Positions 9,375-18,245 of a stretch of DNA of 64,000 bases are shown here, one piece after another; position 1 is the first letter of the stretch, and each line of letters starts with the position of its first letter. The notes under the pieces were generated by a model. The model saw only the letters and a program-made list of their open reading frames with translations. It was not told where the DNA came from and did no database searches. This DNA comes from an uncultured Candidatus Sumerlaeota bacterium (lineage in GTDB: Bacteria > Sumerlaeota > Sumerlaeia > SLMS01), in the NCBI GenBank assembly GCA_964346275.1, contig CAYFUR010000002.1, forward strand, positions 36,929-100,928, in the 5' to 3' direction. A program made the translations under genes and the position numbers.

Positions 9375-9872
9375 TCAGCGCCACAAGAGAACCGACGCCA
9401 TCGCTGCGATCCCTTCTCCACGGCCGATAAAGCCCATTCCCTCGTTTGTCGTCGCCTTAATCCCGATCCTGGCGGCCGGAATCTCGAGAGTCTCGCCGAT
9501 CACGCTTTTCATCTCTTGCACATAGGGCCCGATGCGAGGGTTCTCCGCCACGACGGAAATGTCGGCGTTTCCCACGCGCCAGACGCGCTCATCGAGTTGT
9601 GCTTTCACGCGCCTCAGCAGTTCCGTTGATCGGATATCTTTCCAGGCAGGATCGGTATCGGGAAAGAGATGGCCGATATCTGGCAATCCCGCTGCGCCCA
9701 GAAGAGCATCGCAGAGCGCGTGGAGGAGAACATCCGCATCACTGTGTCCCGCCAGGCCCCGCTCCGATTCGATGCTCACCCCTCCCAGGAAGAGAAGCCG
9801 GCCTTCTTCGAAGCGGTGAACATCGTAGCCGAAGCCAACGGAGAATGGCGGAGACGTCTGGTTTGGTTTCAT
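9375..9872 (-). CDS. ispF: 2-C-methyl-D-erythritol 2,4-cyclodiphosphate synthase
   Basis: GFGYDVHRF, GHSDADVLLHALCDALLGA, IGHLFPDTDP. 4-nt overlap with ispD. Confidence 0.95.
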   Translation of the reverse strand: MKPNQTSPPFSVGFGYDVHRFEEGRLLFLGGVSIESERGLAGHSDADVLLHALCDALLGAAGLPDIGHLFPDTDPAWKDIRSTELLRRVKAQLDERVWRVGNADISVVAENPRIGPYVQEMKSVIGETLEIPAARIGIKATTNEGMGFIGRGEGIAAMASVLLWR

Positions 9873-10615
9873 TTGGATGATTTCTCCTCATGCATCGCGG
9901 CAAGCACTGCCTCGGCGATTTTCAGATCCTGTGGATGAGTGATTTTCATGTTTATTCCGTCATGGAGGATGCAACGGGATGGGGCCCCAATGAACTCCAT
10001 GGCCTGAGCCTCATCGGTTGGGAGCGGATCTCCCAAGCGTTGCATCGCCTCGATGAATAGGCCGCGGCGCACGAGTTGGGGCGTTTCCGCCCGCCGCAGG
10101 GATTCCCTCTCGTGGGTCGCGGTGATCAAGTTTTCCCGCCCCCGGACCTCTTTGATGGTGTCTGTGACGAGAGAGGCGACAATCGCCGCGCCCAGGGAAC
10201 GATTCGAGAGAAGCGCCTCATAACAGGCTGCCACCGCTTTCATGGGCGGGAAAGGCCTCGCCCCGTCATGAATCGCGGCCAGCTGGCAACGGATTTCGAG
10301 GCTGTGTATGCCCTTTAAAACGGACTCCGCGCGTGTTTCTCCCCCACGGACTGGGCGGAATTGCTCCAGACCTGGCTGTTCCCCGACCAGCGACTCCCAT
10401 TTTCCCGCGTCAATCATCTCTCTGGGCAAGACGACCACGCTCTCGGCAAACCGCGCTCCAAAAAAAGCGGACAAAGTCCGGACGAGAAGGGGTTTTCCCG
10501 CGAGGGGAGCCAGTTGCTTAAGGCCTCCAAAGCGGCTTCCCCGGCCCGCTGCGACAACAACAAGGGCGCACTGAGGAAAATTGTAGGGGTCAGGCTGGAA
10601 TGAGGACTTGATCAT
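9869..10615 (-). CDS. ispD: 2-C-methyl-D-erythritol 4-phosphate cytidylyltransferase
   Basis: VVVAAGRGSRFGGLKQLAPLAGKPLL, VHDGARPF-type AIHDGARPF, TDTIK. Confidence 0.95.
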   Translation of the reverse strand: MIKSSFQPDPYNFPQCALVVVAAGRGSRFGGLKQLAPLAGKPLLVRTLSAFFGARFAESVVVLPREMIDAGKWESLVGEQPGLEQFRPVRGGETRAESVLKGIHSLEIRCQLAAIHDGARPFPPMKAVAACYEALLSNRSLGAAIVASLVTDTIKEVRGRENLITATHERESLRRAETPQLVRRGLFIEAMQRLGDPLPTDEAQAMEFIGAPSRCILHDGINMKITHPQDLKIAEAVLAAMHEEKSSK

Positions 10616-10811
10616 CAGCAGGCTTTAGGGCGAAAAGCACGGCCGCCGCGGGAATTCGCGGCTCATGGTCCGCTTCGGTCGTGGTCCGAACATCGCTTCT
10701 CGCTCTTTGAGATGTCTGTTCCGAGCCGAATCGGGAACTCAAGTGGAATTTCCGAGCGCCTTTCTTGTGATAGAAGGCGGGCCAGCCCACAAGGAAAGAG
10801 AAGGATCGAGA

Positions 10812-11249
10812 ATGCAGAGCATTTCCGTCAAAGCACATTTTCACAGCGCCCATCGCCAGCTGGATTTTCCCGGCCATTGCGTCAATGTTCACGGCCACAC
10901 GTGGCGGGGGAAAATCACCGTTTCGGCCGAGAAATTTCCCCTCGATCATATCGACGTGTCTCTGGATTTCGGGCACTTAAAGAAAATCATGCGTAACCTG
11001 GATCACAAAATCCTTGTTTCCGAAAGCGACAAGACATTCCAGGATTCTGAACTTTTTGATCCAAAAGGGGTCATCATCCTCAAGGGGAACGGCCCCTCGG
11101 TAGAGAACGTTTCGAAATATATTTTCGATCATGTCGTGGACTATATTGGTAAAAAGTTCGCCGGCCACGGGATCGAATACTTCATCAGGGTGGAGATTCA
11201 GGAGACGGATAATAACTTTTTCTCCATGGAGAAAACCGCCGTGATTTGA
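10812..11249 (+). CDS. queD: 6-carboxy-5,6,7,8-tetrahydropterin synthase (PTPS family)
   Basis: KAHFHSAHRQL and HCVNVHGHTW (C-x3-HGH). The ORF opens at 10665, but the ATG at 10812 is preceded by GGAAAGAGAAGGA and gives a typical ~145-aa QueD. Confidence 0.85.
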   Translation: MQSISVKAHFHSAHRQLDFPGHCVNVHGHTWRGKITVSAEKFPLDHIDVSLDFGHLKKIMRNLDHKILVSESDKTFQDSELFDPKGVIILKGNGPSVENVSKYIFDHVVDYIGKKFAGHGIEYFIRVEIQETDNNFFSMEKTAVI

Positions 11250-11281
11250 TCGAGCGGGTAAAAATGATTCGGCACATTGTC

Positions 11282-11311
11282 TTGCGTCCCGGGGTTTCAT
11301 GCGCTTATAAG
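11282..11311 (+). promoter_or_regulatory. Possible sigma-70-type promoter of the pdh operon
   Basis: TTGCGT, then a 17-18 nt spacer, then TTATAAG (TATAAG at 11306-11311). About 110 nt upstream of pdhA. Hexamer match only. Confidence 0.25.
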
Positions 11312-11421
11312 GCTCGGGCTTTAGCGGTGGTGAAAGGTTGTCCTCGTCAAAGAAACAGCCGAATGCCGTAATCGAGCCGCCCCAAACTTTCTCATGACTC
11401 TTACGCGAATGGAAGGAACCT

Positions 11422-12531
11422 ATGGCCACGAAGAATGCCACGAAGAAGGAATCCGACGCCAAGCAGAAGAAGGAGCCCAAGACTTCTCTGTCGGAAGATC
11501 AGTTGAAGGAAATGTATGAGCAGATGGTGCTCATCCGGCGCTTTGAAGAAAAGACCGGCCAAGTTTACCAGATGAAAAAATTTACCGGCTTCTGCCATCT
11601 CTATATTGGCCAGGAAGCCGTGGGCGTCGGCTCAGCCGCCGCCATCGAAATGGGCAGGGATTATATTTTCCAAACCTATCGCGATCACGGGCATGCCCTG
11701 CTTTGGGGAATCCCCCCGAAAGAGGTCATGTCCGAACTTTTCATGCGCTATGCCGGCTCCTCACGCGGCAAAGGCGGCTCCATGCACTTTTACAACGGCA
11801 AGCAGCGCTACATGGGCGGGAACGGGATCGTCGGCGGCCATACCCCCTTGGCAACGGGGGCTGCGTTCGCCTCCAAGTATCGCAAGGAGGGAGCAGTGAC
11901 GCTCTGTTACCTCGGTGATGCCGCGATCAACCAGGGGACTTTCCACGAGTCCCTCAACATGGCCGGCCTTTGGAAACTTCCCATTGTCTATATAGTCGAG
12001 AACAACATTTACGGCATGGGGACCGCCGTCAACCGCGCTTCCGCCGAGCCGGAACTTTATAAACGCACCGAATGCGCCTATAAGATTCCCGGAAAACGCG
12101 TCAACGGCATGGATGTGCTTGAGGTGCACGAGATGGTGAAGGAAGCGGTGGACAAGGCGCGCAAAGACAGCCAGCCGACGTTCCTGGAAATGGTCTGCTA
12201 TCGCTATCGGGGTCACTCGATGTCCGATCCCGCCACCACCTATCGCACGAAGGACGAGGTCAGCGAGTGGCAGACCAAAGACCCGATCGATCGTCTGCGT
12301 GGCCAGTTCCCCGATCTGATCACCGATGATTGGGCCAAGGAAGTGGACGAAAACGCCAAGAAAACCGTTCAGGAAGCGATCGATTTCGCGGAAGAGCAGG
12401 ATTTCCCCGACCAGTCGAAAATCTGGACCGATGTTTACGTCAATTGCCAGGGCTATCCAACGGAAGAGGAAAGCGACAACCCTTACGCTTTCCCCTATGA
12501 GGAATACGAAACCGCCAATCGCAAAGACTGA
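11422..12531 (+). CDS. pdhA: Pyruvate (2-oxoacid) dehydrogenase E1 component alpha subunit
   Basis: MVLIRRFEEK, FCHLYIGQEAVGVG, TPP motif YLGDAAINQGTFHESLNMAGLWKLPIVYIVENNIYGMGT, YRGHSMSDP. Confidence 0.92.
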   Translation: MATKNATKKESDAKQKKEPKTSLSEDQLKEMYEQMVLIRRFEEKTGQVYQMKKFTGFCHLYIGQEAVGVGSAAAIEMGRDYIFQTYRDHGHALLWGIPPKEVMSELFMRYAGSSRGKGGSMHFYNGKQRYMGGNGIVGGHTPLATGAAFASKYRKEGAVTLCYLGDAAINQGTFHESLNMAGLWKLPIVYIVENNIYGMGTAVNRASAEPELYKRTECAYKIPGKRVNGMDVLEVHEMVKEAVDKARKDSQPTFLEMVCYRYRGHSMSDPATTYRTKDEVSEWQTKDPIDRLRGQFPDLITDDWAKEVDENAKKTVQEAIDFAEEQDFPDQSKIWTDVYVNCQGYPTEEESDNPYAFPYEEYETANRKD

Positions 12532-12581
12532 ACGGCGAGCACCATCACGAATCTTTTCCAACGAAAGAGGATAAGAAACGC

Positions 12582-13568
12582 ATGGCAGAATTAACCTTTC
12601 GCGAGGCGCTGAATCAGGCCCTGATGGAGGAAATGGAGCGGGACGACCGGACCTTTCTCATGGGCGAGGAAGTCGGGCAGTATCACGGGGCCTACAAGGT
12701 CAGTTTGGGGCTGATTGACAAATTCGGCGAGGAACGGGTGATCGACAGCCCCATTACGGAGAACAGCTTTGTGGGTCTCGGAGTTGGCGCGGCCCATGTC
12801 GGCCTCAGGCCGATCATCGAGGTCATGACGTTTAACTTTGCCATTCTGGCGCTGGACCAGGTGATCAACAACATGGCGAAGCTGCGTTATATGTCAGCGG
12901 GCCAGTTCAAGGTACCCATGGTTCTCCGGGGGCCCAGTGGCGCGGGCGGCTCGCTCGCGGCCCAGCACAGCCAGGCTCTTGAAGCCCAGTATGTTCACAT
13001 CCCCGGCCTGAAGGTGGTGATGCCTTCGACGCCCGGCGACGCCAAGGGGTTGCTCAAGTCGGCAATTCGCGACGAGGATCCGGTCATTTTCATGGAGAGC
13101 GAGAAGCTCTACAACTATAAGGGCGAAGTGCCCGAGGATGAGGACTATACGCTTCCTATCGGCGAAGCGGAAGTGAAGCACGAGGGCAGCGATGTGACCA
13201 TTGTGACCTATGGGCGCATGTATACACACGCGGTGCTTCCGGCTCTCGAGCGGCTGGAAGAAGATGGCATCAGTGCCGAGGTGATCGATCCGCGCACGCT
13301 GCGTCCACTCGATCTGGATACGATTCTTGAATCCGTGAAGAAGACCAATCGCATGGTTCTCGTCGAAGAGAGCTGGCCCCAGGCAAGCGTCGGGGCTTAT
13401 ATCTGCGAACAGGTTTATAAGCACGCGCTGGAGTTTCTCGACGCTCCCATCGAGCGCGTCAGTCATCTGGATGTGCCCATGCCTTACGCGCGCAACCTGG
13501 AAGATGAAGTCATTCCGAGTCCCGAATCCGTGGTCGAGGCGGCCAAAAAAGTCTGTTACGTTGAATGA
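12582..13568 (+). CDS. pdhB: Pyruvate (2-oxoacid) dehydrogenase E1 component beta subunit
   Basis: LTFREALNQALMEEMERD, VIDSPITENSFVGLGVGAA, typical C-terminal transketolase domain. Confidence 0.92.
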   Translation: MAELTFREALNQALMEEMERDDRTFLMGEEVGQYHGAYKVSLGLIDKFGEERVIDSPITENSFVGLGVGAAHVGLRPIIEVMTFNFAILALDQVINNMAKLRYMSAGQFKVPMVLRGPSGAGGSLAAQHSQALEAQYVHIPGLKVVMPSTPGDAKGLLKSAIRDEDPVIFMESEKLYNYKGEVPEDEDYTLPIGEAEVKHEGSDVTIVTYGRMYTHAVLPALERLEEDGISAEVIDPRTLRPLDLDTILESVKKTNRMVLVEESWPQASVGAYICEQVYKHALEFLDAPIERVSHLDVPMPYARNLEDEVIPSPESVVEAAKKVCYVE

Positions 13569-13594
13569 TCCCGCACAGAGAGGTCCTGTGATTT

Positions 13595-14920
13595 ATGGCA
13601 TCACCAATTACTCTGCTTCAATTATCCCCGACGATGGAACAGGGAACCGTTGTGAACTGGCTGGTCAGCGAGGGCGACGACGTTGAGAGCGGCCAGGCGG
13701 TCGCGGAGGTCGAAACTGACAAAGCGGTCATGGAGCAGGAAAGCTTCGAAGATGGCAAAGTGCTGAAGATCGTCGCCAACGAGGGAGACAAGGTCGATGT
13801 CGGCGACCTCCTTATGGTCATCGGGGAGGAAGGCGAAGACATCAGCGATGTCCTCGAGCAGGGCGGCCAGAAGGAAGAGAAGAAGGAGGAAAAGAAAGAG
13901 CCCGAGAAAGAAGAAAAGAAGGATAAGGACAAAAAAGAAGAGAAGCCTAAGGCTGAGGAAGTCGCTCCCGCCCGCCCCGAGCCCGCCGCTTCCGGTGGCC
14001 GCTCAGGGCGCATCCTCGCTTCTCCGCTGGCGCGAAAAATGGCCGAGGAAGAGGGGCTCGACTTGTCGCAGATCGAAGGCAGTGGACCCAAGGGACGCAT
14101 CGTCAAGCGCGACATCGAGAAGGTGATGGAAGAAGGCACCGGCAAGAAGCCTTCCGAGGCCGAGAAACCCGCCAAGACCGGGAAAGCCGCGGCCCCAGCG
14201 CCTGCTCCGCGACCGGCTTCGGTGATGCCCTCTGGCGAGGCCGAGGAAGAGATCAAGCTGAGCGGCATGCGCGAAACCATCGCGCGCCGGCTGTCTCAAT
14301 CCAAGCAGACCGTCCCTCATTTCCAGCTCCATATCGAAGTCCGTGGCGAAAACCTGGAAGAAGCTGTTGCCCGCGCCCGCGAGGCATATCCAGACACCAA
14401 GGTGACCGTGACCCACTTCATCGTGAAAGCGATGGCCAATGCCGCCATGCGCCACCAGCCGATCCGCACCCAGTGGGCCGAGGACAAGCTCGTCGTCATG
14501 CCCCACGCCAGCATCAGCGTTGCCGTGGCAATCGACGAAGGCCTGGTGACTCCGGTTATCCGGAACGCCCATGGCAAGGGCGTCGTCCAGATCGCCCAAG
14601 AGTTGCGCGAGCTGGCTGGACTCGCCCGCGACCGCAAGCTCGGCAGCGAGGACTACAGCGGCGGTGTGCAGACCCTGAGTAACCTGGGCATGTACGACAT
14701 CACGCGCTTTAACGCGATCATCAATCCTCCCGAGTCGAGCATCCTCGCCGTTGGCGCCCTGGAAGAGCGGCCGGTTGTTGAGCACGGCCAGGTCGTTCCC
14801 GGTAAGGTGATGGAGGTTGTCATGAGCTGCGACCACCGGGTGATCGACGGAATGGTTGGCGCTCAGTATCTGGCGGACTTGAAACGCTCGCTTGAAGAGC
14901 CGATGCTGATCCTGATGTAA
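13595..14920 (+). CDS. pdhC: Dihydrolipoamide acetyltransferase E2 component (lipoyl domain, subunit-binding domain, catalytic domain)
   Basis: Lipoyl site VETDKAVME, subunit-binding domain ASPLARKMAEEEGLDLSQIEGSGPKGRIVKRDIE, catalytic SCDHRVIDG. K/E-rich linker QKEEKKEEKKEPEKEEKKDKDKKEEK. Confidence 0.92.
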   Translation: MASPITLLQLSPTMEQGTVVNWLVSEGDDVESGQAVAEVETDKAVMEQESFEDGKVLKIVANEGDKVDVGDLLMVIGEEGEDISDVLEQGGQKEEKKEEKKEPEKEEKKDKDKKEEKPKAEEVAPARPEPAASGGRSGRILASPLARKMAEEEGLDLSQIEGSGPKGRIVKRDIEKVMEEGTGKKPSEAEKPAKTGKAAAPAPAPRPASVMPSGEAEEEIKLSGMRETIARRLSQSKQTVPHFQLHIEVRGENLEEAVARAREAYPDTKVTVTHFIVKAMANAAMRHQPIRTQWAEDKLVVMPHASISVAVAIDEGLVTPVIRNAHGKGVVQIAQELRELAGLARDRKLGSEDYSGGVQTLSNLGMYDITRFNAIINPPESSILAVGALEERPVVEHGQVVPGKVMEVVMSCDHRVIDGMVGAQYLADLKRSLEEPMLILM

Positions 14921-14944
14921 ATCCGTGTTCCAGCGAATGAATCG

Positions 14945-14982
14945 AGAGGTCGGGGTGAAGAACTCCGGCCTCTTTCATTTTT
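14945..14982 (+). terminator. Rho-independent terminator after pdhC
   Basis: 9-bp stem AGAGGTCGG / CCGGCCTCT (one G-U pair), 11-nt loop, then TTCATTTTT. Confidence 0.6.
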
Positions 14983-15009
14983 GGCGGTTTTGCGGGTTGC
15001 GGGGAAGGC

Positions 15010-15040
15010 GCGATTCGTGCGATTGAGAATCGCGAGAATC
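15010..15040. promoter_or_regulatory. Candidate Fur/Zur-family operator upstream of the Fur-family gene
   Basis: GCGATTCGTGCGATTGAGAATCGCGAGAATC. Arms GCGATTC/GAATCGC lie at 15010-15016 and 15027-15033. The inner palindrome is CGATT-GAG-AATCG, and there are two GAGAATC copies. It shares the 9-mer CGATTCTCA (minus reading of 15024-15032) with the znuA box at 18132-18140. It lies 23-53 nt upstream of the GTG start at 15063. Confidence 0.35.
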
Positions 15041-15062
15041 ATAAAATGGATAAAAAAACACT

Positions 15063-15443
15063 GTGAAAAACGACCAACTGACTTCCCGGCAAAAGCGTAT
15101 TCTGAGAGTTTTTGAGCAAGCTGAAAGCCCCCTGACGACCCAGGAAGCCTGGGATCTGGCCCGGGTAAAGATCCCCGGCCTGGGACTGGCCACTGTTTAT
15201 CGCGCGGTCAGACGGCTGGTTTCCGCTGGTTCGATCCGCCCCGTTGAGATCGCCGAGGAAACGCCGCGCTACGAAGCCGCCTCAGGCCCTCATCATCACC
15301 ACTTTTACTGCCGCCAATGCGGCGGCCTCTTCGATATTCCCCATTGCCCCGAAGGTCTGGACCAATTGATTCCCCGGGGATTCTCCATGGAGGACCACTC
15401 CATCGTGATCTATGGCCTTTGCCGGGGTTGCGCGCATTCCTGA
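15063..15443 (+). CDS. zur: Fur-family metalloregulator, probably zinc uptake regulator
   Basis: GTG start. Winged helix LATVYRAVRRL, HHHHFYCRQCG ... CRGC metal sites. Convergent with and adjacent to the znuABC operon. Confidence 0.8.
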   Translation: MKNDQLTSRQKRILRVFEQAESPLTTQEAWDLARVKIPGLGLATVYRAVRRLVSAGSIRPVEIAEETPRYEAASGPHHHHFYCRQCGGLFDIPHCPEGLDQLIPRGFSMEDHSIVIYGLCRGCAHS

Positions 15444-15452
15444 CTCTCTATT

Positions 15453-16310
15453 TCAATGAGGGCGCGGACGAAATTTTCGGACGAGAAAGACTCCCCCCAG
15501 GACCAGCAGATAGCCAATCCCGGCCACCTCGACAATGGTTGCCCCCGCGGGCCACTCCGGCGAGTAGCTGATTGCCAGCCCGCCGACTGTATAGATCATG
15601 CTGAGCACCATGGCGGCGAGCATCATCTGCCAGAGGCGCTGGGTCATGAGCCCCGCGGTTGCCGCGGGCAGCGCCAGGAGGGCGATGACCAGGATGATGC
15701 CCACAATTTGCACAAGGAGCACAACGGTGAGGGCGATCATCACGAGGAGAAGAAAATGATAGGCCCCGGCCCGCACTCCGCGCAGCCGCGCCAGCTCCTC
15801 CTGGAACGAAATGGCCAGGAATTTATTATAGAACATGAGAACGAGAACCACGAGGATGAAATCCAGTATCCCCATGAGCCAGAGATCGCTTCTCCCGACC
15901 ATGAGGATATTTCCGAAGAGATAACTCATCAAATCCTCATAGTATCCGGGCGTCGCCGTGATAAAGGAGATGCCAACGGCCATGCCGATGGCCCAGAGGG
16001 CGCTCAGGATCGTGTCTTCCCTCTGGCTGGCATAGAGCGTCACGAAACCCATGATCAGGGCGGCAAGGAGAGCCGCCACTGCCGCGCCGAGAAGCGGAGT
16101 CGCCCAGTCTATATCGTGAACCCGCGAAAGGTAATGGGCGATTCCCATGCCTCCGAGGACGGTATGAGAGATCGCTCCGGCGATATACGTCGAACGGCGC
16201 ACGACAACAAAACTCCCCATGATGCCACATGCGACAGAAGCGAGGAGCGCCGCCAGCAGGGCATACCGCAAGAAGGGATAGGCAGCAGCGTCTTGAAAGA
16301 ATTCGAGCAT
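15453..16310 (-). CDS. znuB: Zinc/manganese ABC transporter permease (ABC-3 family)
   Basis: Multi-TM ABC-3 permease MLEFFQDAAAYPFLRYALLAALLAS... The start is set at the ATG at 16310, 5 nt after the znuC stop. The ORF-track start at 16415 overlaps znuC. Confidence 0.85.
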   Translation of the reverse strand: MLEFFQDAAAYPFLRYALLAALLASVACGIMGSFVVVRRSTYIAGAISHTVLGGMGIAHYLSRVHDIDWATPLLGAAVAALLAALIMGFVTLYASQREDTILSALWAIGMAVGISFITATPGYYEDLMSYLFGNILMVGRSDLWLMGILDFILVVLVLMFYNKFLAISFQEELARLRGVRAGAYHFLLLVMIALTVVLLVQIVGIILVIALLALPAATAGLMTQRLWQMMLAAMVLSMIYTVGGLAISYSPEWPAGATIVEVAGIGYLLVLGGVFLVRKFRPRPH

Positions 16311-16315
16311 GGGGC

Positions 16316-17101
16316 TTAGTGGCGCTCCGCCGCGTGAGGTTCGCTCAGCCGTTCGCTCGGGTCGATCACTTGGCAGGAGTCCTCGTGGTGAAGCACGGCA
16401 AGGCGGTCTCCACACGCTGTATGCAATTGATCGGAGGTCATGTCGGCGGCCCGGTGGATCGAGGAAATCCGGTTGATGCAGATGATATGCGATGCGTGGC
16501 GCGTCACAACAGTGAGGTTGTGGGAGACAAGAACGATGGTGAGATGCTCGTTGAGTTCGTGAAGCAATTCATAGAGCCGCGCTTCAACGCGGGCATCCAC
16601 ATCGGAGGTGGGTTCGTCGAGAAGAAGCAGATCGGGCTCGGAAACGAGAGCCTGGGCAATGAGGATGCGCTGGCGTTCTCCCCCGGAGAGCTGGGCAAAG
16701 TGGCGCTTCTTCCGGTCCAGCATATCAACGCGGTCGAGGGCCTGATCCACGGCTCTACGGTCCGATCGCCAGAAGGGGCCGCCCCAATGGCGGTCGATAC
16801 GCCCCATGAGGACGACCTCCCCCGCCGTGATGGGAAAGGAGGAATCGAATTCAAATGTCTGTGGGACGTAGCCAATCCGCCGCCTCGCCGTTTCCGGCGG
16901 TTTCCCGAAAACGCGCACTTGGCCAAAGCGCGGCTTGAGAAGCCCCAGCGCGAGCTTCAGCATAGTGCTCTTGCCCCCGGCATTAGGCCCGACCACGGCG
17001 GCCATCGCATGTTCGGGGATCTCGAGCGAGACGTTGTGCAAGACTTCCTGGCCATTATAGCTGAAGCAAACGTCGCGGAATTCAACGACCGGCTCATTCA
17101 T
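16316..17101 (-). CDS. znuC: Zinc/manganese ABC transporter ATP-binding protein
   Basis: Walker A GPNAGGKST, signature LSGGERQR, Walker B LLLLDEP. ATGA overlap with znuA. Confidence 0.9.
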   Translation of the reverse strand: MNEPVVEFRDVCFSYNGQEVLHNVSLEIPEHAMAAVVGPNAGGKSTMLKLALGLLKPRFGQVRVFGKPPETARRRIGYVPQTFEFDSSFPITAGEVVLMGRIDRHWGGPFWRSDRRAVDQALDRVDMLDRKKRHFAQLSGGERQRILIAQALVSEPDLLLLDEPTSDVDARVEARLYELLHELNEHLTIVLVSHNLTVVTRHASHIICINRISSIHRAADMTSDQLHTACGDRLAVLHHEDSCQVIDPSERLSEPHAAERH

Positions 17102-18072
17102 GGCTTTCCTTCTTTATCTTCCTGATCAGAGAGGGCTTTATCGATCTTGCCGGCGACCTGCTTCAGATTCTCGAGGTAGTTTTCTGCCAGCGGATCGATC
17201 ACGACAATCTTGGCACCAATGGAATCGGCAATGCTTTCTGCTGTCTTTTTGCTGAATTGCGGCTGGATGAAGATGGCCTGGACGTTTTCGCGGCGGGCCT
17301 CCTGGATCAGGCGGGTCAGATGCTTGGCTCCCGGTTCCTTCCCACCCGCTTCGATCGCTTTTTGTTTCAGACCGAAAGCATCGGCAAAGTATCCCCAGGC
17401 TGGGTGAAAGACCAGCATCGTCTTGCCGCGGTGCGGGGCAAGCTGCTTATCGATAGACATGTGCAGAAGAAAAAGATCGCTGACGAGAGCCGCCCGATTT
17501 TTTCCATACACTTCTTTCCCTTCCGGGTCTTCCTCAACCAGCGCTTCATAAACGATCCGCACCTGGTTCGCCACTTTCCCCGGATCGAGCCAGAAATGAG
17601 GATCACTTCCCTCCTCGTGAGAGTGTCCCCCGTGGGTATGCTCTTCGTGTGCGTGCTCTTCGTGTGCCTGCTCATCCTCTTCTTCGTGGGAATGGCCTTC
17701 CATGCTCCGAAGTTGCAGGCCCTCGCGCATATCGACAATGCGCAGGTCCGGAGCCAGCTCGGATATCCGTTTCATCAGAACATTCTCGAAAGGTACTCCG
17801 ATGCGGAGGAAGAAATCCGCATCGGTCAACGCCGCCATCTGCTTTGGCGAGGGCTCATAGGTGGCGGGGCTCCGGCCGGGAGGCAAAAGGACTTCAACGG
17901 AGACGCGATCACCGCCGACGCGTTCGACAATTTCTTTCTGGGGCGGGATGCTGACAACCGTGCGGACCGCTGGCTCCTGGGCGGAAGCGCCGGAAAGAAG
18001 CAGGCTGAGAAAGCAACCGGCCAGGGAAGCCAGGATGCCAGGAGAGGGAGACTTGGCGGATTTACGACGCAT
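17098..18072 (-). CDS. znuA: Zinc ABC transporter substrate-binding protein with His-rich loop
   Basis: Signal peptide MRRKSAKSPSPGILASLAGCFLSLLLSGASA. His/acid loop EGHSHEEEDEQAHEEHAHEEHTHGGHSHEEGSDPHFW, typical of ZnuA. The start is taken as the internal ATG at 18072. The ORF-track start at 18363 would overlap hglS. Confidence 0.85.
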   Translation of the reverse strand: MRRKSAKSPSPGILASLAGCFLSLLLSGASAQEPAVRTVVSIPPQKEIVERVGGDRVSVEVLLPPGRSPATYEPSPKQMAALTDADFFLRIGVPFENVLMKRISELAPDLRIVDMREGLQLRSMEGHSHEEEDEQAHEEHAHEEHTHGGHSHEEGSDPHFWLDPGKVANQVRIVYEALVEEDPEGKEVYGKNRAALVSDLFLLHMSIDKQLAPHRGKTMLVFHPAWGYFADAFGLKQKAIEAGGKEPGAKHLTRLIQEARRENVQAIFIQPQFSKKTAESIADSIGAKIVVIDPLAENYLENLKQVAGKIDKALSDQEDKEGKP

Positions 18073-18125
18073 TTGATGGTTCCTTTCGGCGGTCTGTTCG
18101 AACAACATGTTCTTCGCCTTCTGAG

Positions 18126-18140
18126 TGAGAACGATTCTCA
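18126..18140. promoter_or_regulatory. Candidate Zur box in the znuA promoter
   Basis: Perfect palindrome TGAGAA-CGA-TTCTCA. It resembles the Fur-family 7-1-7 core TGATAAT-N-ATTATCA, matching 5/7 in each half. It lies 54-68 nt upstream of the znuA ATG at 18072. Confidence 0.45.
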
Positions 18141-18187
18141 TTGTCTTCGTTCCCCCGTTGCAAGAGTGAAACCAGCCGGCCCGCTCC

Positions 18188-18217
18188 AAAAAAGGCGCGC
18201 CCAAGGAAGGGCGCGCC
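18188..18217 (-). terminator. Rho-independent terminator after hglS
   Basis: The minus strand reads GGCGCGCCC-ttcctt-GGGCGCGCC followed by TTTTTT. Perfect 9-bp GC stem. Confidence 0.75.
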
Positions 18218-18245
18218 TGAAGGCGTCCGTCTGGCCGGAATGGGA

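Noticed and set aside
10616-10811. Region upstream of queD, examined for a preQ1 riboswitch.
   Set aside because: No short hairpin followed by the conserved A-rich tail/CTA element typical of preQ1-I. No convincing pseudoknot candidates.
13866-13950. ~85-nt polypurine tract (agaaggaagagaagaaggaggaaaagaaagag...).
   Set aside because: It is fully explained as the K/E-rich flexible linker of the E2 acetyltransferase. It is in frame and is not a repeat element.
17600-17710. Repetitive cac/ctc-rich DNA resembling a microsatellite.
   Set aside because: It encodes the His/Glu-rich metal-binding loop of ZnuA on the minus strand.
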